A stretch of DNA of 64,000 bases from Eledone cirrhosa. Its lineage: Eukaryota. The number at the start of each line of letters is the position of its first letter. Position 1 is the first letter of the stretch. Shown here in pieces: positions 24,656-37,169 of this stretch. The translations under genes and the position numbers were made by a program. The DNA lies in contig OZ024741.1 of NCBI GenBank assembly GCA_964016885.1, forward strand, positions 46,066,001 through 46,130,000. The letters are read 5' to 3'. The notes under the pieces were generated by a model that saw only the letters and a list, made by a program, of their open reading frames with translations, did no database searches and was not told where the DNA came from.

Positions 24656-27444
24656 CGAGATAACCGGATAACCGGATCCGCCTGCCAGAGGGCGGTGAGC
24701 GCCTGGGCACACTCAGTGTGCCAGGCGCCCAGTTTTCTCGGTCTTTGCTTGACCCAGGATTGCAGCTCGGTGAGTGAGACGAGTCTGGGAAAGGTTCGTC
24801 TCACAAACGAGGCCCACACCGGTTGTCCGGTGAGGAATACGTAGAGGTGCCGTAGCCTTAATGCGTGTTTACGCATCATTAGCCACGGCATCCCCAGCCC
24901 TCCTTTCGAAGGGTGTTGACAGCAGATGGATCTCCTCACCATAGGAGCCCGCCTCTTCCAAAGGAATTGGAAGAGCGCGCGCTCCATCTTGGTGAGGGTT
25001 TCCCTTGGGCAGGGCACTACGGTCAGGCGGTAGTAGATGACGGACGCTATATAAGTGTTCGCCACCTCCGCCCGACCTTTCAGGGATAGTTTGCAACTGG
25101 CCCACTTCTGGGTCAGTGCAAACACCCTGTTCGTAACCTCCGCCCAGTTTTTCTCCACCTGGAGGTCCGGTCCGAACCAGACCCCGAGCAACTTCACCGG
25201 GCCCTCCGTCCAGCGTCCGACGACGCCATCAGAGGGCATCGGTCTGCCCCTCCACGTGCCGAGTTGCAAACCGATCGACTTGTCCCGGTTCAGCTTAGCC
25301 CCTGTGAACTTTTCGTACTCCTCCAGTAAGGTGCCGACCGCCTCGATTTCGGAGGCCGTCGACACCATTACTGTCACATCATCGGCGTAGGCTGACACCG
25401 CTTTCCGCAATCCCGGTTCCAAAGGGATGCCCTGCAACAACTCCAACTTCCGCAGTAGTGGCTCGAGAGTCAACACATACAGAAGGGAGGAGAGAGGGCA
25501 CCCTTGTCGGATGGACCGCGCGATTTTGAACGGCTCCGAGAGGTAGCCGTTCACCTTGACCCTAGAGCAGATGCGGCTGCTGTGCATAGCAGTGATCCAG
25601 CCCCTGAAAACGGGTCCGAAGCCTGCCGCCGCTAGCACCGCATCCAGGTAACCATGGTCGACCCTATCGAACGCCTTAGATTGATCCAAGTTGATCAGAG
25701 CCCCACCAAAGCCGGGTTCGTTCCCAACCCTCTCTATGATGTATCGCATGAGGTGGAGGTTGTCATGGATGGACCTGGACGGGATAGCGCATGTCTGCGC
25801 ATCTCCCACCAGGTTGCCCACGACAAGCGCCAACCTCTTTGCTAGCACCTTGGCCAAAATCTGTAACTCTGTATTTAGCAGAGTTATGGGCCTGAAGTTA
25901 CTTATTTCGTCCCCCTTGTTCTCGTCCTTCCTCACTAGCGTGACTACGCCCTTGGTCACAGTACAGGGAATTATCCCGTTCTGTTGCCAGTTGCAGTAGA
26001 CCGCCTCGAGGAGATCGGGGAACAAGTCCGGCATAGCTAGATATAATTCGTAAGGAAGACCATCGAGACCCGGGGATTTGCGTTTGCCGCATTGGCTCAG
26101 CACGTCCTCTATCTCAGCGGCCGAAATCGGCTCCTCGCAGGACTTCGCCTCCCTGTCCGAGAGGCGCGGCAGGCCGTCGAGGTATGGACCGAAGTCCACG
26201 TTCCCAACCGGCTCCCCGCCCCTCCCGAACAGTCGGGCAAAGTGCCTTTGAAAGGCCTCACACATCTGCTTAGGCTCAAGAATTGCCCGTCCATCCAGGT
26301 CTCGCAAAGACCGGATGGTGGATTTAGTTCCACTGTTGGCCTCTGTCACGCGGGCCCAGCTAACAGCTTTGGCCCCCTCGTTCCCTAGAGCACGTATTTT
26401 ACTTCGGACAACGCAGCCTTCGTGCTTCGCGTCGAAAAACTGGCTCAAAGCCGTTCTCGACGCTAGCACTCTGGCCACGTCGCCGCTTCTAATTGCCTCT
26501 TCTACTCTATCTATTAGCTCCCTTTCCTTCCTATTCCTATCCGCAGCTAGAACCTTACTAAATTCAATCGAGACTACTCTAATCTCTCTCTTTAGAGATA
26601 CCCACCACCTGCTGTTGACGATCGCTCCAGTCAACCGTTCCTTAACTAACGTACTAATCCGATTCCTGTAGGCTCTACTTGCCGGCAAGGACAAGTTGAG
26701 CTTCCAGTAACCGGGGCCCTGTCTATGCGTTCTATCAAGGTTGACCATGCTGGTCACCAACTTGTGGTCTGAATAGCCAACCATGAGCATTTCTGGACAA
26801 CTTAAAAAGTCCCTGTCCTTATTTCTAACTAAAAATCTATCTAGGTACGATCTAGATGATCCGCTGCGATTTGACCAAGACCAGGTTGGCACCGTCGGAA
26901 AATCTAGTCGAAATCTATCGGCCAGGTCAAATCGGCCGAGTAACCCCTTGAGGCTGTTGCACCCCTCTCTATCGGGACATGCCCCTGCATAGTCCCAACG
27001 TGCATCCAGGATACCATTCCAATCCCCCACTAAAAGCAGGGAACGGGACGTCCCTAGAAAAGACTCCAGACGCTGGAAAAAGTCGGGCCGCTCTGTCCCA
27101 AAAGGGGCATATGCGGCTATCAGCCTAAGGGCTCTACCTTCACCACTGCCAATGTCCAGCACCACCAGTCGACCCCCTGGGTCCAAGTGAACTATCTGTG
27201 TTGCAAGGCCCATATGTTTTTGCAGCAGAACGACAACCCCACCCCCACCTCCGGGCTGACAGAGAGATGCGTGCATCTCAAAGTCGTCAAAGGTGGGGGC
27301 TAGCTGTCGCATGCTGCTGATCCGGGCCTCGCAGATAACCATCACATTTATAGATTGTGACCTGAGGTCATTTAGAAGCATTGCTTGCTTCCAAGACGAG
27401 CCCAGGCCACGCGCATTTAGACACCCTACTCTTAGCACAGCCAT
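24595..27444 (-). CDS. Tx1 ORF2: apurinic endonuclease plus reverse transcriptase (variant B; truncated at the chimeric junction)
   Basis: LNARGL, GDWN, YLDR, SDH (APE); KSPGLDG, FRPITLLN, DQSKAFD, RQGCPLS, YADD (RT). Confidence 0.93.
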   Translation of the reverse strand: MAVLRVGCLNARGLGSSWKQAMLLNDLRSQSINVMVICEARISSMRQLAPTFDDFEMHASLCQPGGGGGVVVLLQKHMGLATQIVHLDPGGRLVVLDIGSGEGRALRLIAAYAPFGTERPDFFQRLESFLGTSRSLLLVGDWNGILDARWDYAGACPDREGCNSLKGLLGRFDLADRFRLDFPTVPTWSWSNRSGSSRSYLDRFLVRNKDRDFLSCPEMLMVGYSDHKLVTSMVNLDRTHRQGPGYWKLNLSLPASRAYRNRISTLVKERLTGAIVNSRWWVSLKREIRVVSIEFSKVLAADRNRKERELIDRVEEAIRSGDVARVLASRTALSQFFDAKHEGCVVRSKIRALGNEGAKAVSWARVTEANSGTKSTIRSLRDLDGRAILEPKQMCEAFQRHFARLFGRGGEPVGNVDFGPYLDGLPRLSDREAKSCEEPISAAEIEDVLSQCGKRKSPGLDGLPYELYLAMPDLFPDLLEAVYCNWQQNGIIPCTVTKGVVTLVRKDENKGDEISNFRPITLLNTELQILAKVLAKRLALVVGNLVGDAQTCAIPSRSIHDNLHLMRYIIERVGNEPGFGGALINLDQSKAFDRVDHGYLDAVLAAAGFGPVFRGWITAMHSSRICSRVKVNGYLSEPFKIARSIRQGCPLSSLLYVLTLEPLLRKLELLQGIPLEPGLRKAVSAYADDVTVMVSTASEIEAVGTLLEEYEKFTGAKLNRDKSIGLQLGTWRGRPMPSDGVVGRWTEGPVKLLGVWFGPDLQVEKNWAEVTNRVFALTQKWASCKLSLKGRAEVANTYIASVIYYRLTVVPCPRETLTKMERALFQFLWKRRAPMVRRSICCQHPSKGGLGMPWLMMRKHALRLRHLYVFLTGQPVWASFVRRTFPRLVSLTELQSWVKQRPRKLGAWHTECAQALTALWQADPVIRLSRAEADRCLPMASSDAGRKDR

Positions 27445-27499
27445 GTTGGTGGTAAAGAGAAAAGGCACTTACCTCTCTGCGTCCCGGGAAACGGGCCGC

Positions 27500-29111
27500 T
27501 CAATTTCCATGCTGGTTGGGGATGGGTTGTTGGGTGGGGTGGTGGTTTGTGGAAGTGAGGGGGCATCGGTGTGTTGTGGGGTTGGGGTGTTTGTCGTTGA
27601 GAGGGTGTCTGGGTGGGGGGGGGGTGAAATTTTTTAGGAGGACGCGGTTGATTGGTTTGGCGCAGGGGGGGCCCACGTCCTCCGTGAAATTTATTTTCAG
27701 TGTTTTGTACAAGTGCATTGGGACTTTTATCATTTTCAAATGAGGTAGTCCCACAGCAGTTATAAAGTTTGGCCCTTCAGTTTGGACCGAAGGGTTTGCT
27801 GAAATTGTTTTCCGTAATTCTTTGTTGTCTGTGTTCATGTATGTGTATTGTAAGGTCTTTTTTTGTGTAGCAGTTAGTGTTGTGTGACAGGGAGGGGTGG
27901 TTTGTGTGTAGTTTGTGTTCTCTTGGGGGGGGGGTTAAAGTTAACATGTGTGTCTGTGGTGCGTCTCCTCTTCTTTCTTTTTACTTGTTGGAAGGGATCT
28001 TTTTCGTCTTGCGACGAAAGAGGTTCGTCTTCCTTGTTGGGTGGGAGGGGTATGTTTTCTGGTAGTGTTTGCGGTGTGCGTGTTTTTGTATTTGTTTTGG
28101 GTGGGGAGGGATTGGGTGGGACAGTATTCTGTGTTATTTTTTCACGTGTTTGTTGTTGTTGTTGTTGTGGTGGTGGTGGTGGGGTTGTTGGTTTTTGTTG
28201 TTGTTGTGGTTGTTTTTGTTGTTGTAGTTGGGGTGGTGTTGGTGTTGGTAGCAGTGTTTTTTTCTGTGTGAGCTGGGGACAGGCAGCCCTCAGGTGACCT
28301 CTATTGCCACAGAGGTAACAGGAGGGACGCCTACCCTCCACAATAATGTTGAGGTGGGTACGGTCATCCAGCATGACGCGCTCAGGGATTTGGGCGATGC
28401 GTTCTGGCCTTATTTGGGTCAGAACTTCGAGGCTCGTTCCACTGAACGCGTCGCCGGATGCCTTCCCTATTGAGATGAGGTTGTCCTCGTCTAAATTGAG
28501 GAAACCGGTTAGTAACCACCAGTAGTTTATGTTTGGGGTGATGGTGGTTATCCATATCCTCTGGGTTTTTTTACCCATGTAGGTGGGGAAGAAGGTGTAG
28601 TGTGTGGACCGAATTGGCGACACAGAGTATTTTTTTGCCGCCAATTCGTCTTTCATCAATATGGATAAACTCCCATAGAGTTTATCCTTTTGTATGAAAG
28701 TGATGTCTCTCATCGCGTCTTTCAAGACTAACTGAGTTTCCGCTTGAGATGGTTGCGCTGGTTTCTTTGTTTTATTTAAAATTGTTCGGAATACGACAGT
28801 TCGTAATTCCGTCTGTCTTTTTAGCTCCGGAGGTGAATGTATAGAAAACGAACCGTTTTCGCCAAAAGACACATATTTCTTGCCTTTTTCCAGCATTTCT
28901 TTTGCTTTTGAAATATCTTCCAGCACATAAGCGACTGATAATTTAGCCGTTTGTGCAAAAGATATTTTGTTTTCGTTTTGGATATTAGTATTGTTTTGTT
29001 TCTCGTCGTTTGAGTTGTTTTCATCTTTGTTGTTGTTGTTGTCTTTCTCGTTTCGTGTGTGGATACTTGTGACGTTTGTGTTGTTGTTGTTTTTGTTGTC
29101 TTTATTGTTGC

Positions 29112-29142
<31 letters not shown>

Positions 29143-29331
29143 GTTGTTTTCAAATTCTTGTGTAGTTGTGGCTACATCTAGTGGTCGGTCAACAGGTGAA
29201 GACAATTCTTCCTCTCTCTGACCTCTGCCTTTGGCATCTGCTGCTGTGACAGTGGCAGGGGGAAGCTGTGAGTATGACTTCCCATTTCCTTCTTTGATTG
29301 ATGGTGAAGATGCTTCAGCCATTTTTCTCAA
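27500..29331 (-). CDS. Tx1 ORF1 (gag-like, CCHC zinc knuckle), split by one frameshift near 27.9 kb
   Basis: CYLCGNRGHLRAAC. The C-terminal block NPSVQTEG.NF...EDVGPP..KPINRVLLK (27500..27838) is homologous to copy 3 ORF1. Confidence 0.85.
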
Positions 29332-29540
29332 AATAGGGTTTTTCGAAGTTTTTCGAAAGATAAAATGTTCACAATACTATTTCGCCCAAAGGCGCAGAAT
29401 ATTTTGAGAGACCGACCAGATCAAAATTTGACCTGGCAGTCCCTCTACAAAATGGTACAAAAATGAAAGTTTACAGTTTACAATTTCCGTATGAATTTAA
29501 ACAAAAACTTACCGAGCGAGCTCAGCACATGTGTCCATCG

Positions 29541-29572
29541 TAGAGATAGATAGATAGATAGATAGATAGATA
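29541..29572. repeat. (GATA)n spacer between Tx1 copies 1 and 2
   Basis: Read directly. Confidence 0.95.
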
Positions 29573-30986
29573 TATTTCTTTTATTTGCCACTAGGGCATC
29601 AAAAGTGGGACAAGTACAAAGGGGGGAGTTTACACAAAAAGGCGTCCTCAATAAGGAGGAGGCAATAACAAAATATAAAAATAAAATAAGATATAACAAA
29701 AAATAAAATTTTTAACAAAATCCTCAATAGAGAGGAGGCGCCTTGGGGGGTCGCACACACCCCCGAAAAAAGTGTGCAACCCTTCTCCTCAGGAGCACAG
29801 AGAAGGGGTGCTCCCTTGGTCTTTCATCTTCCTCACCTATAGTCTGATGTAGAGTGAAGGCCCATTCACACGGGCCATTCTCGCCACTTTCACCCATCTT
29901 TCATAGAAACGGCTGGGGTGCAGCACCTCTCTCTCCATCCTGATCCTTCTTCCGAAATGATATCGGAAGAAACGGACCAGTTGTTGGCCAGAGAGTAAGG
30001 TGCCCGACCTCAGTCCTTTCAGACGCGTCCACCATACAACCTCTTTCGCCATGGCTATTACGCACAGAAACACCGCCTCTGCTTCATCTTTGAAGGGGGG
30101 AGGCGGCTTGATCATTACAATAGACTCGGTGGTCAACCGGATCGGTCCCACCCTTGACAGCAGTTGTTCGACATAGCCCCACAGATCGGCTACGCCCGAG
30201 CAGTGTACTAATGCGTGTGCAACGGTTTCCTCGCCGCACACGCATCTGGGACAGATCTTTTTGGCGGGGTCCCTACCCGGGCGCTCGTGTCTGTAGAGCC
30301 TTTCTCGAACGGGTAAAGCCCCTCGGTAGCACTGCCAGGCCAGGGACTTCTGGAAGTTGTCCATAGGTCCCGGGCTGAATGTCCTACCGAACAGGCTGGC
30401 CAGTTCGTCCTCCTCCATGTCTAGGGCTTCTCCGAGGGCGTCGTCGCACCTGCTGCGTACCAGCCCTCTATAGAATGTTGCGGTGGAGTCTCCACTGATA
30501 ACCGGATCCGCCTGCCAGAGGGCGGTGAGCGCCTGGGCACACTCAGTGTGCCAGGCGCCCAGTTTTCTCGGTCTTTGCTTGACCCAGGATTGCAGCTCGG
30601 TGAGTGAGACGAGTCTGGGAAAGGTTCGTCTCACAAACGAGGCCCACACCGGTTGTCCGGTGAGGAATACGTAGAGGTGCCGTAGCCTTAATGCGTGTTT
30701 ACGCATCATTAGCCACGGCATCCCCAGCCCTCCTTTCGAAGGGTGTTGACAGCAGATGGATCTCCTCACCATAGGAGCCCGCCTCTTCCAAAGGAATTGG
30801 AAGAGCGCGCGCTCCATCTTGGTGAGGGTTTCCCTTGGGCAGGGCACTACGGTCAGGCGGTAGTAGATGACGGACGCTATGTAGGTGTTCACCACCTCCG
30901 CCCGACCTTTCAGGGATAGTTTGCAACTGGCCCACTTCTGGGTCAGTGCAAACACCCTGTTCGTAACCTCCGCCCAGTTTTTCTCC
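29573..30986 (-). mobile_element. 5'-truncated Tx1 copy 2 (variant B): ORF2 C-terminus (29837..30955) plus 3' UTR
   Basis: Nearly identical to 24667-25156 over the shared part; flanked by (GATA)n on both sides. Confidence 0.92.

Positions 30987-31025
<39 letters not shown>
30987..31025. repeat. (GATA)n spacer between Tx1 copies 2 and 3
   Basis: Read directly. Confidence 0.95.
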
Positions 31026-31239
31026 TTCTTTATTTACCATAAAGGCATAAAAAGAAGGGACAAATACAAAGGGGGAGTTTACATACAATCGAGTAAAAAG
31101 GGTATAAAATGAAAATAATCGAAAACAACCTCAAAAGGGAGGGGACGTGATGGGGGTTACACACACCCCCGAAAAAGTGTGCAATCCTTTGCCCGGGGAG
31201 CACATGGAGAAGGTGCTCCCCTCTCCTTCACTTCTTTAC

Positions 31240-34200
31240 CTACAGGATGGTATACAGAGAAGGCCCATTTACACGAGCCATTCCCGCCACTATCACCCAC
31301 CTTTCATAAAACTGCCTGTGGCCAAGCACCTCTCTCTCTATTCTTATCCTTCTTCCGAAGTGATATCGGAAGAAGTAGACCAGACTATGGCCAGAGAGGA
31401 AGTTGCCTGACCTCAGACCTTTCAATCGTGTCCACCAAACAACCTCTTTCAACATGGCTATTACGCACAGAAAAACCGCCTTTGCTTCCTTTGTGAAGAG
31501 GGGAGGCGGTTTGATTGTCATCACGGACTCGGCGGTCAATTGAATCGGCGCCACCCGCGACAGAAGTCGTTCGGCGTAGCCCCACAGATCAGCCACGCCC
31601 GGACATTGCACCAATGCGTGCGCAACGGTTTCTTCGTGACGCACGCATCTAGGGCAAATCTTTTTCGAGGGATCCCTGCCCGGGCGCCCGTGTCTGTAGA
31701 GCCTCTCTCGAACGGATAGAGCCCCCCGGTAGCACTGCCAGGCTAGTGACTTCTGGAAGTTGTCCATTGGTCCTGGGCCGAAAGTCCTACCGAACAGGCT
31801 GGCCAGTTCGTCTTCTTCCGTGTCCAGCGACTCTCCAAGGGTGTCATCGCCCCTGCTACCCACCAGCCCTCTATAGAATGATGAGGTGGGTTCTCCACCG
31901 ATGGCCTGGCCCGCTTGCCAGAGATCCCTGAGCGCCTGAGCACACTCAGTGTGCCAGTCTCCCAGTTTTTCGGATCTTTGCTTGACCCAGGACTGCAGCT
32001 CGGTGAGCGAGACGAGTCTCGGAAAGGCTCGTTTCACGAACGGAGCCCACACCGGTTGACCAGTGAGGAATACCTGTAGGTGCCGTAGCCTTAATGCGTG
32101 CTTACGCATCATCAACCACGGCATCCCCAGCCCTCCTTTCGAAGGTTGTTGGCAGCAGATGGATCTTCTCACCATAGGAGGGCGCTTCTTCCAAAGAAAT
32201 TGGAAGAGCATGCGTTCCATGGTGGTGAGTGTTTCCTTAGGGCAAGGCACGACAGTCAGGTGGTAGTAAGTGACGGACGCTATGTAAATGTTCGCCACCT
32301 CCGCCCGGCCTTTTAGGGACAGCTTACACTTGGCCCATTTCTGGGTTAGTGCAAACACCTTGTTCGTAACCTCGTCCCAGTTCTTTTCCACCTGGAGGTC
32401 CGGTCCAAACCAGACCCCAAGCAACTTTACCGGGCCCTCCGTCCAGTGTCCGACGACACCGTCGGGAGGCATCGGTCTGCCTCTCCACGTTCCGAGTTGC
32501 AGCCCGATGGATTTTTCCCGGTTATGTTTCGCTCCTGACAACCTTTCGTAATCCTCCAGTAAGGTACCGATCGCCTCGATCTCCGAGTCGGTCGATACCA
32601 TTACTGTTACGTCATCGGCGTAGGCCGACACCGCTTTGCTCAATCCTGGTTCCAGGGGGATACCCTGCAACAACTCTAACTTCCTCAGTAAAGGCTCGAG
32701 AGTCAATACGTACAGAAGGGAGGAGAGAGGGCACCCCTGTCGAATGGATCGTGTGATTTCGAACGGCTTCGAAAGGTAGCCGTTCACCTTGATCCTAGAA
32801 CAGATGTGGTTGCTATGTAAGGCAGTGATCCAGCCTCTGAAAACAGGACCGAACCCAGTCGCCGCTAGCACCGCATCCAGGTAACCATGGTCGACCCTAT
32901 CGAAGGCCTTAGACTGATCCAAGTTGATCAGGGCCCCACCGAAGCCGGGTTTGTTGCCAACCCTCTCTATTATGTATCGCATGAGGTGGAGGTTATCGTG
33001 AATGGACCTGGATGGGATAGCACATGTCTGCGCATCTCCCACCAGGCTACCCACGACAAGCGCCAACCTCTTTGCTAACACCTTGGCCAAAATCTTTAAC
33101 TCTGTGTTTAGCAGGGTTATGGGCCGAAAATTATTTATACTATCCCCCTTGTTCTCGTCCTTCCTCACCAGCGAGACTACGCCCTTGGCTACAGAACAAG
33201 GAATTCTCCCGTTCTGCTGCCAATTGCAGTAGACCGCTTCGAGGAGTTCGGAGAAGAAGACCGGCATTGCTAAATAAAGTTCGTAAGGTATACCATCGAG
33301 ACCTGGAGATTTGCGTCTGCTGCATTGGCTCAGCGCATCTCCGATCTCATCAGCCGAGATTGGTCCCTCGCAGGACTCTGCCTCTTCGCTCGAGAGACGC
33401 GGCAGGCGGTCGAGGTATGGACCGAAATCCACGTCCCCGCCCGGACCCTCGCCTCCCCCGAATAATCGGGCAAAGTGCCGTTGAAAGACCTCGCAAATCT
33501 GCTTAGGCTCCCGGATCACCCGTCCATCCTCGTCTTGCAACGACCGGATGGTGGATCGATTTCCACTCTTAGCTTCTGTGACGCGGGCCCAGCCAACGGC
33601 TTTGGCCCTCTCATTACCTAGAGCACGTATTTTACTTCGAATGACGCAGCCTTCGTGCTTTGCATCGAAAAACTGGTTCAAGGCCGTCCTCGATGCCAGC
33701 ACTCTGGCCACATCTTCGCTCTTGATTGCCTCTTCTAATTTACCTGTTAATTCTTTCTCGTTTCTATTCCTATCGGCAGCTAACATCTTGCTATAACTTA
33801 TTGATTCTGTTCTAATCTCTCTTTTGAGAGATGCCCACCATCGGTTGTTGACGATTGCACCCGTCAACCTCTCCTTAACTAATCTGCTAATCCGGTTTCT
33901 GTAAGTCTCTTTTGCCGGTAAAGACAAATTAAGTTTCCAGTAACCGGGACCCTGTTTATGTGTTTTCTAGAGATTGACTACGCAGGTCACTAATTTGTGA
34001 TCCGTATAGCCAACCGTGCGCATTTCTGGACAGCTTAATATGTCCCTATCCTTACTTCTAACTAAGAATCTATCTAAGTACGATCTAGATTGACCACTGT
34101 GGTTTCTCCAAGTCCAGGTAGGCACAGTTGGAAAATCTAGTCGATATCTATCGACCAAGTTAAAACGGTCGAGTAACCCCTTGAGGCTGTTACACCCCTC

Positions 34201-34675
34201 TATTAGGACATGCTCCTTCATAGTCCTAACGTGCATCTAGGATGTCATTCCAATCCCCCGCTAGAAGCAGGGAACGCGACGTTCCCAGAAAAGTCTCCAA
34301 ACGCTGGAAGAAGTCGGGCCGTTCAGCTCCGAAAGGGGAGTAGACGGCCACCAGTCTCAAGGCCGCACCTTCACTACTGCCAACGTCTAGCACCAACAAA
34401 CGACCCTCCGGGTCCGAGTGAACAACATGTACGGCAAGACCCAGGTGTTTTTGCAGCAGTACGACAACCCCACCCCCACCTCCAGGTTGACAGAGAGATG
34501 CATGCACCTCAAAGTCATCGAAGGTAGGGGCCAGCTGCCTCACGACGCTGATCCGAGTCTCACAGATAACCATTACATTTATACCACATGACCTGAGGTC
34601 ATTTAGAAGCTTGGCTTGCTTCCAAGTTGAGCCCAGGCCACGTGCATTCAAACATCCTACTCTTAACACATCCAT
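31240..34675 (-). pseudogene. Tx1 ORF2 (APE-RT-zinc motif) with stops and a frameshift in the endonuclease region
   Basis: ORF pieces 34226..34675, 33967..34236 and 31240..33927; YADD intact. Confidence 0.9.
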
Positions 34676-34708
34676 GTGGGCGGCAGAGCCAAAGGAGAGT
34701 GTAGAGAC

Positions 34709-36600
34709 CTACCTTTTTGCTTCCCGGGGTTCGGGTCGCACGACTTCCATGGGGTCGGGGGTGTTGGGTGAAGGGGTGTCTTGTGGTGGTGTGGGGTCGT
34801 CAGTGTGTGGTGGGGTTGGGGTGTTTGGAGTTGTGTTGGGGAGGGGAAGGGGAGGGGGAAAGCTTTTTAGTAGGACGCGGTTTATGGGTTTGACAAAGGG
34901 TGGTCCTACGTCCTCCTTAAAATCCTTTTTTAGTTTTTGGTAGAGGTTCATTGGGATCTTTATTAATTTTAAATGTGGGTAGTTTTCTGAAGAAACAAAG
35001 TTTACACCTTCGGTTTGTACCGAAGGATTATTGTTTATGAGTTCATTTAATTTATTATTGTTTCTGTTGATGTAAGTATAGTGTAATGTCTTTTTTTCGG
35101 ATGGTGTGAGTGTTTCGAAGAGGGGAGGGGCAGGTTTGGTTTTGTTTGTTGCTGGAGGGGTGTTTTGTGTTTTGTTGGATTGTGTTGACATTTGGGTGGG
35201 GGTTGTTTGGCCTTGTGTGTTTTGCACATGTTTTCTTTTTTTCCTTTTAATCTGTCTGAAGGACTCCGTTTCTTCCTCCGAATTCGTTGGGTTATCTTCA
35301 GTGTTGGGGGGAAGAGGTATGTTTGCTGGTAATGTTTCCGTGTTGGTTTTCTTTGTGGGGGAGATGGATGTCACTATGTTAGACTGTGTTGTGTGTTGTA
35401 GCTGCGGTGGTTGTGTTGTTTTATTGAGTGAGGGGTTGGGTGGGCCTGTATTTTGTGTGGGGTAATGTGTTGTGGTGGTGGTGTAGTTTTACTGAGGGAC
35501 GGGTTGGGTGGGACTGAGTTTTGTTGTTTGTTTATCTGTTGTGGTGGTGGTGGAGCTGGTGTTGGTAGCAGGGTTTTCTTTTTGTTGAGTTGGGGACAAG
35601 CCGCCTTCAGGTGCCCTCTGCCTGCACAGATATGACAGGACGGCCTTCTCCCCTCCACGCTAATGTTTGTATACCCGTGGCCCTCTAATAGGATTCTGTC
35701 GGGTATTTGTGCGATGCGTTCAGGCTTCATTTGCACTACAAGTTCTATACCTGTTCCACTGAACGCATTGCCTGTGGTTTTCCCAATGGAAATCACGCTG
35801 TCATTTGCTGGATCGATGAAGCCAGCTATGAGCCAGCAGTAGTCCACATCTGGCATCATTGCATCCAGCCATATGCGTTGAGTTCTTTTACCCATATAAG
35901 ATGGATAAAAGGTAAAAAATTTTGAACGAATCGGTGACAAAGCACATTTTTTTGCCGCCGATTCGTTCTTCATAATAATCGCTAGGCTTCCATACAGTCT
36001 GTCTTTTCTTATGAAAGTGGTTTCATTAAGTACTTCTGTAAGTACTGTTTTGATTTCTGTTTGAGTTGGCTGTTCAGGTTTTTTAGAAATGTTGTTGATG
36101 GTGCGGAAATCGACCGTTCGACTTTCAATGTCTTTGGTGAGTTCTTGAGGCATTTTTACCGATAAAATACCATTTTCTCCTTCAGTTATATATTGTTTGG
36201 CGTCTGTAATTCTTTGTGCCACATCTAAAATATTTTCAGGTATATATGTCAAAGATTTCTTTGTTGTTTGTGCAAATGAAATATTATTGGTGTTGACTTT
36301 GTCTTCTGCTTTGCTTTCTGTTATGATGTTGTTTTCAAATGTTATTTTTGTGTTTGTCGTGTCTTTGTTTGTGGTATTAATATTGTCATGCAATTTTTCA
36401 AATTTTTTTTTTTTTTCGTGGTTGGAATCAATGTCCAGATTTGTGTTTTCGTCATTTTTCTCCGCAGATTCGTCTGTTTTTATTTTATTTTTTCCTTCCT
36501 TCTCTATGACGTTAGTTGGGAAGGAAGAGGGGACTAAAGCGTGCGAGCTTACAACTCTTACCGCTGTCCCCCCCCCCCCCCCCCACCACTATTTTCATTA
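34709..36600 (-). pseudogene. Tx1 ORF1 with frameshift(s)
   Basis: 35374..36393 contains CHICAGRGHLKAAC; 34709..35374 holds the C-terminal block. Confidence 0.85.
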
Positions 36601-36850
36601 GCTTCGTTTAACATTTCTGTCAGACGATTGAAATTTTTTTTATGCCACAAAATTTTTAAAAACAGGTTTTTCACCCCTAGGAGGGGTAACAATGAGCTAA
36701 CCCACCGCCTGACAGTTCAGACGGGGGGTCAAGCTACACAATAGTATCAAAATTAAAATTGAACTTACAAAATTTCCGCAATAAATTTGAACAAAACTTC
36801 TGCGCGAAGTGAATTACATCTACGCTGTAGAACAGACGACAGCTAGATCA

Positions 36851-36953
<103 letters not shown>

Positions 36954-37169
36954 TGACAGTACAAAACGAAAGCGGCTGGACTTAAACTTAAAAGTAGTTC
37001 AATAACATCAATATCTAACTGCTCTGGTATTACAGCAATCTTGACATTACTACTGAAAGGAACCTCGATATGTTAGAAATAACAGTCAAATTTCTCTCAA
37101 GTGAGTCCCTTTTATCACCTTCACAAATATGTCATTATACCTCCAAATATTCTCTGAATCGATATTTAA

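Larger units (their letters stand above)
23168..29540 (-). mobile_element. L1/Tx1-clade non-LTR retrotransposon, full length, chimeric (copy 1)
   Basis: ORF1 with CCHC knuckle; ORF2 with APE, RT and C-terminal Cys/His motif; 3' UTR with AATAAA; bounded by GATA repeats. Confidence 0.93.
31026..36848 (-). mobile_element. Full-length Tx1 copy 3 (diverged subfamily), inactivated
   Basis: ORF1 and ORF2 homologous to copy 1, followed by (GATA)n at 36852-36952. Confidence 0.93.

Noticed and set aside
27870-27940. Programmed frameshift in Tx1 ORF1
   Set aside because: The break lies near homopolymer runs and at a different position from copy 3, so mutation or sequencing indel is more likely.
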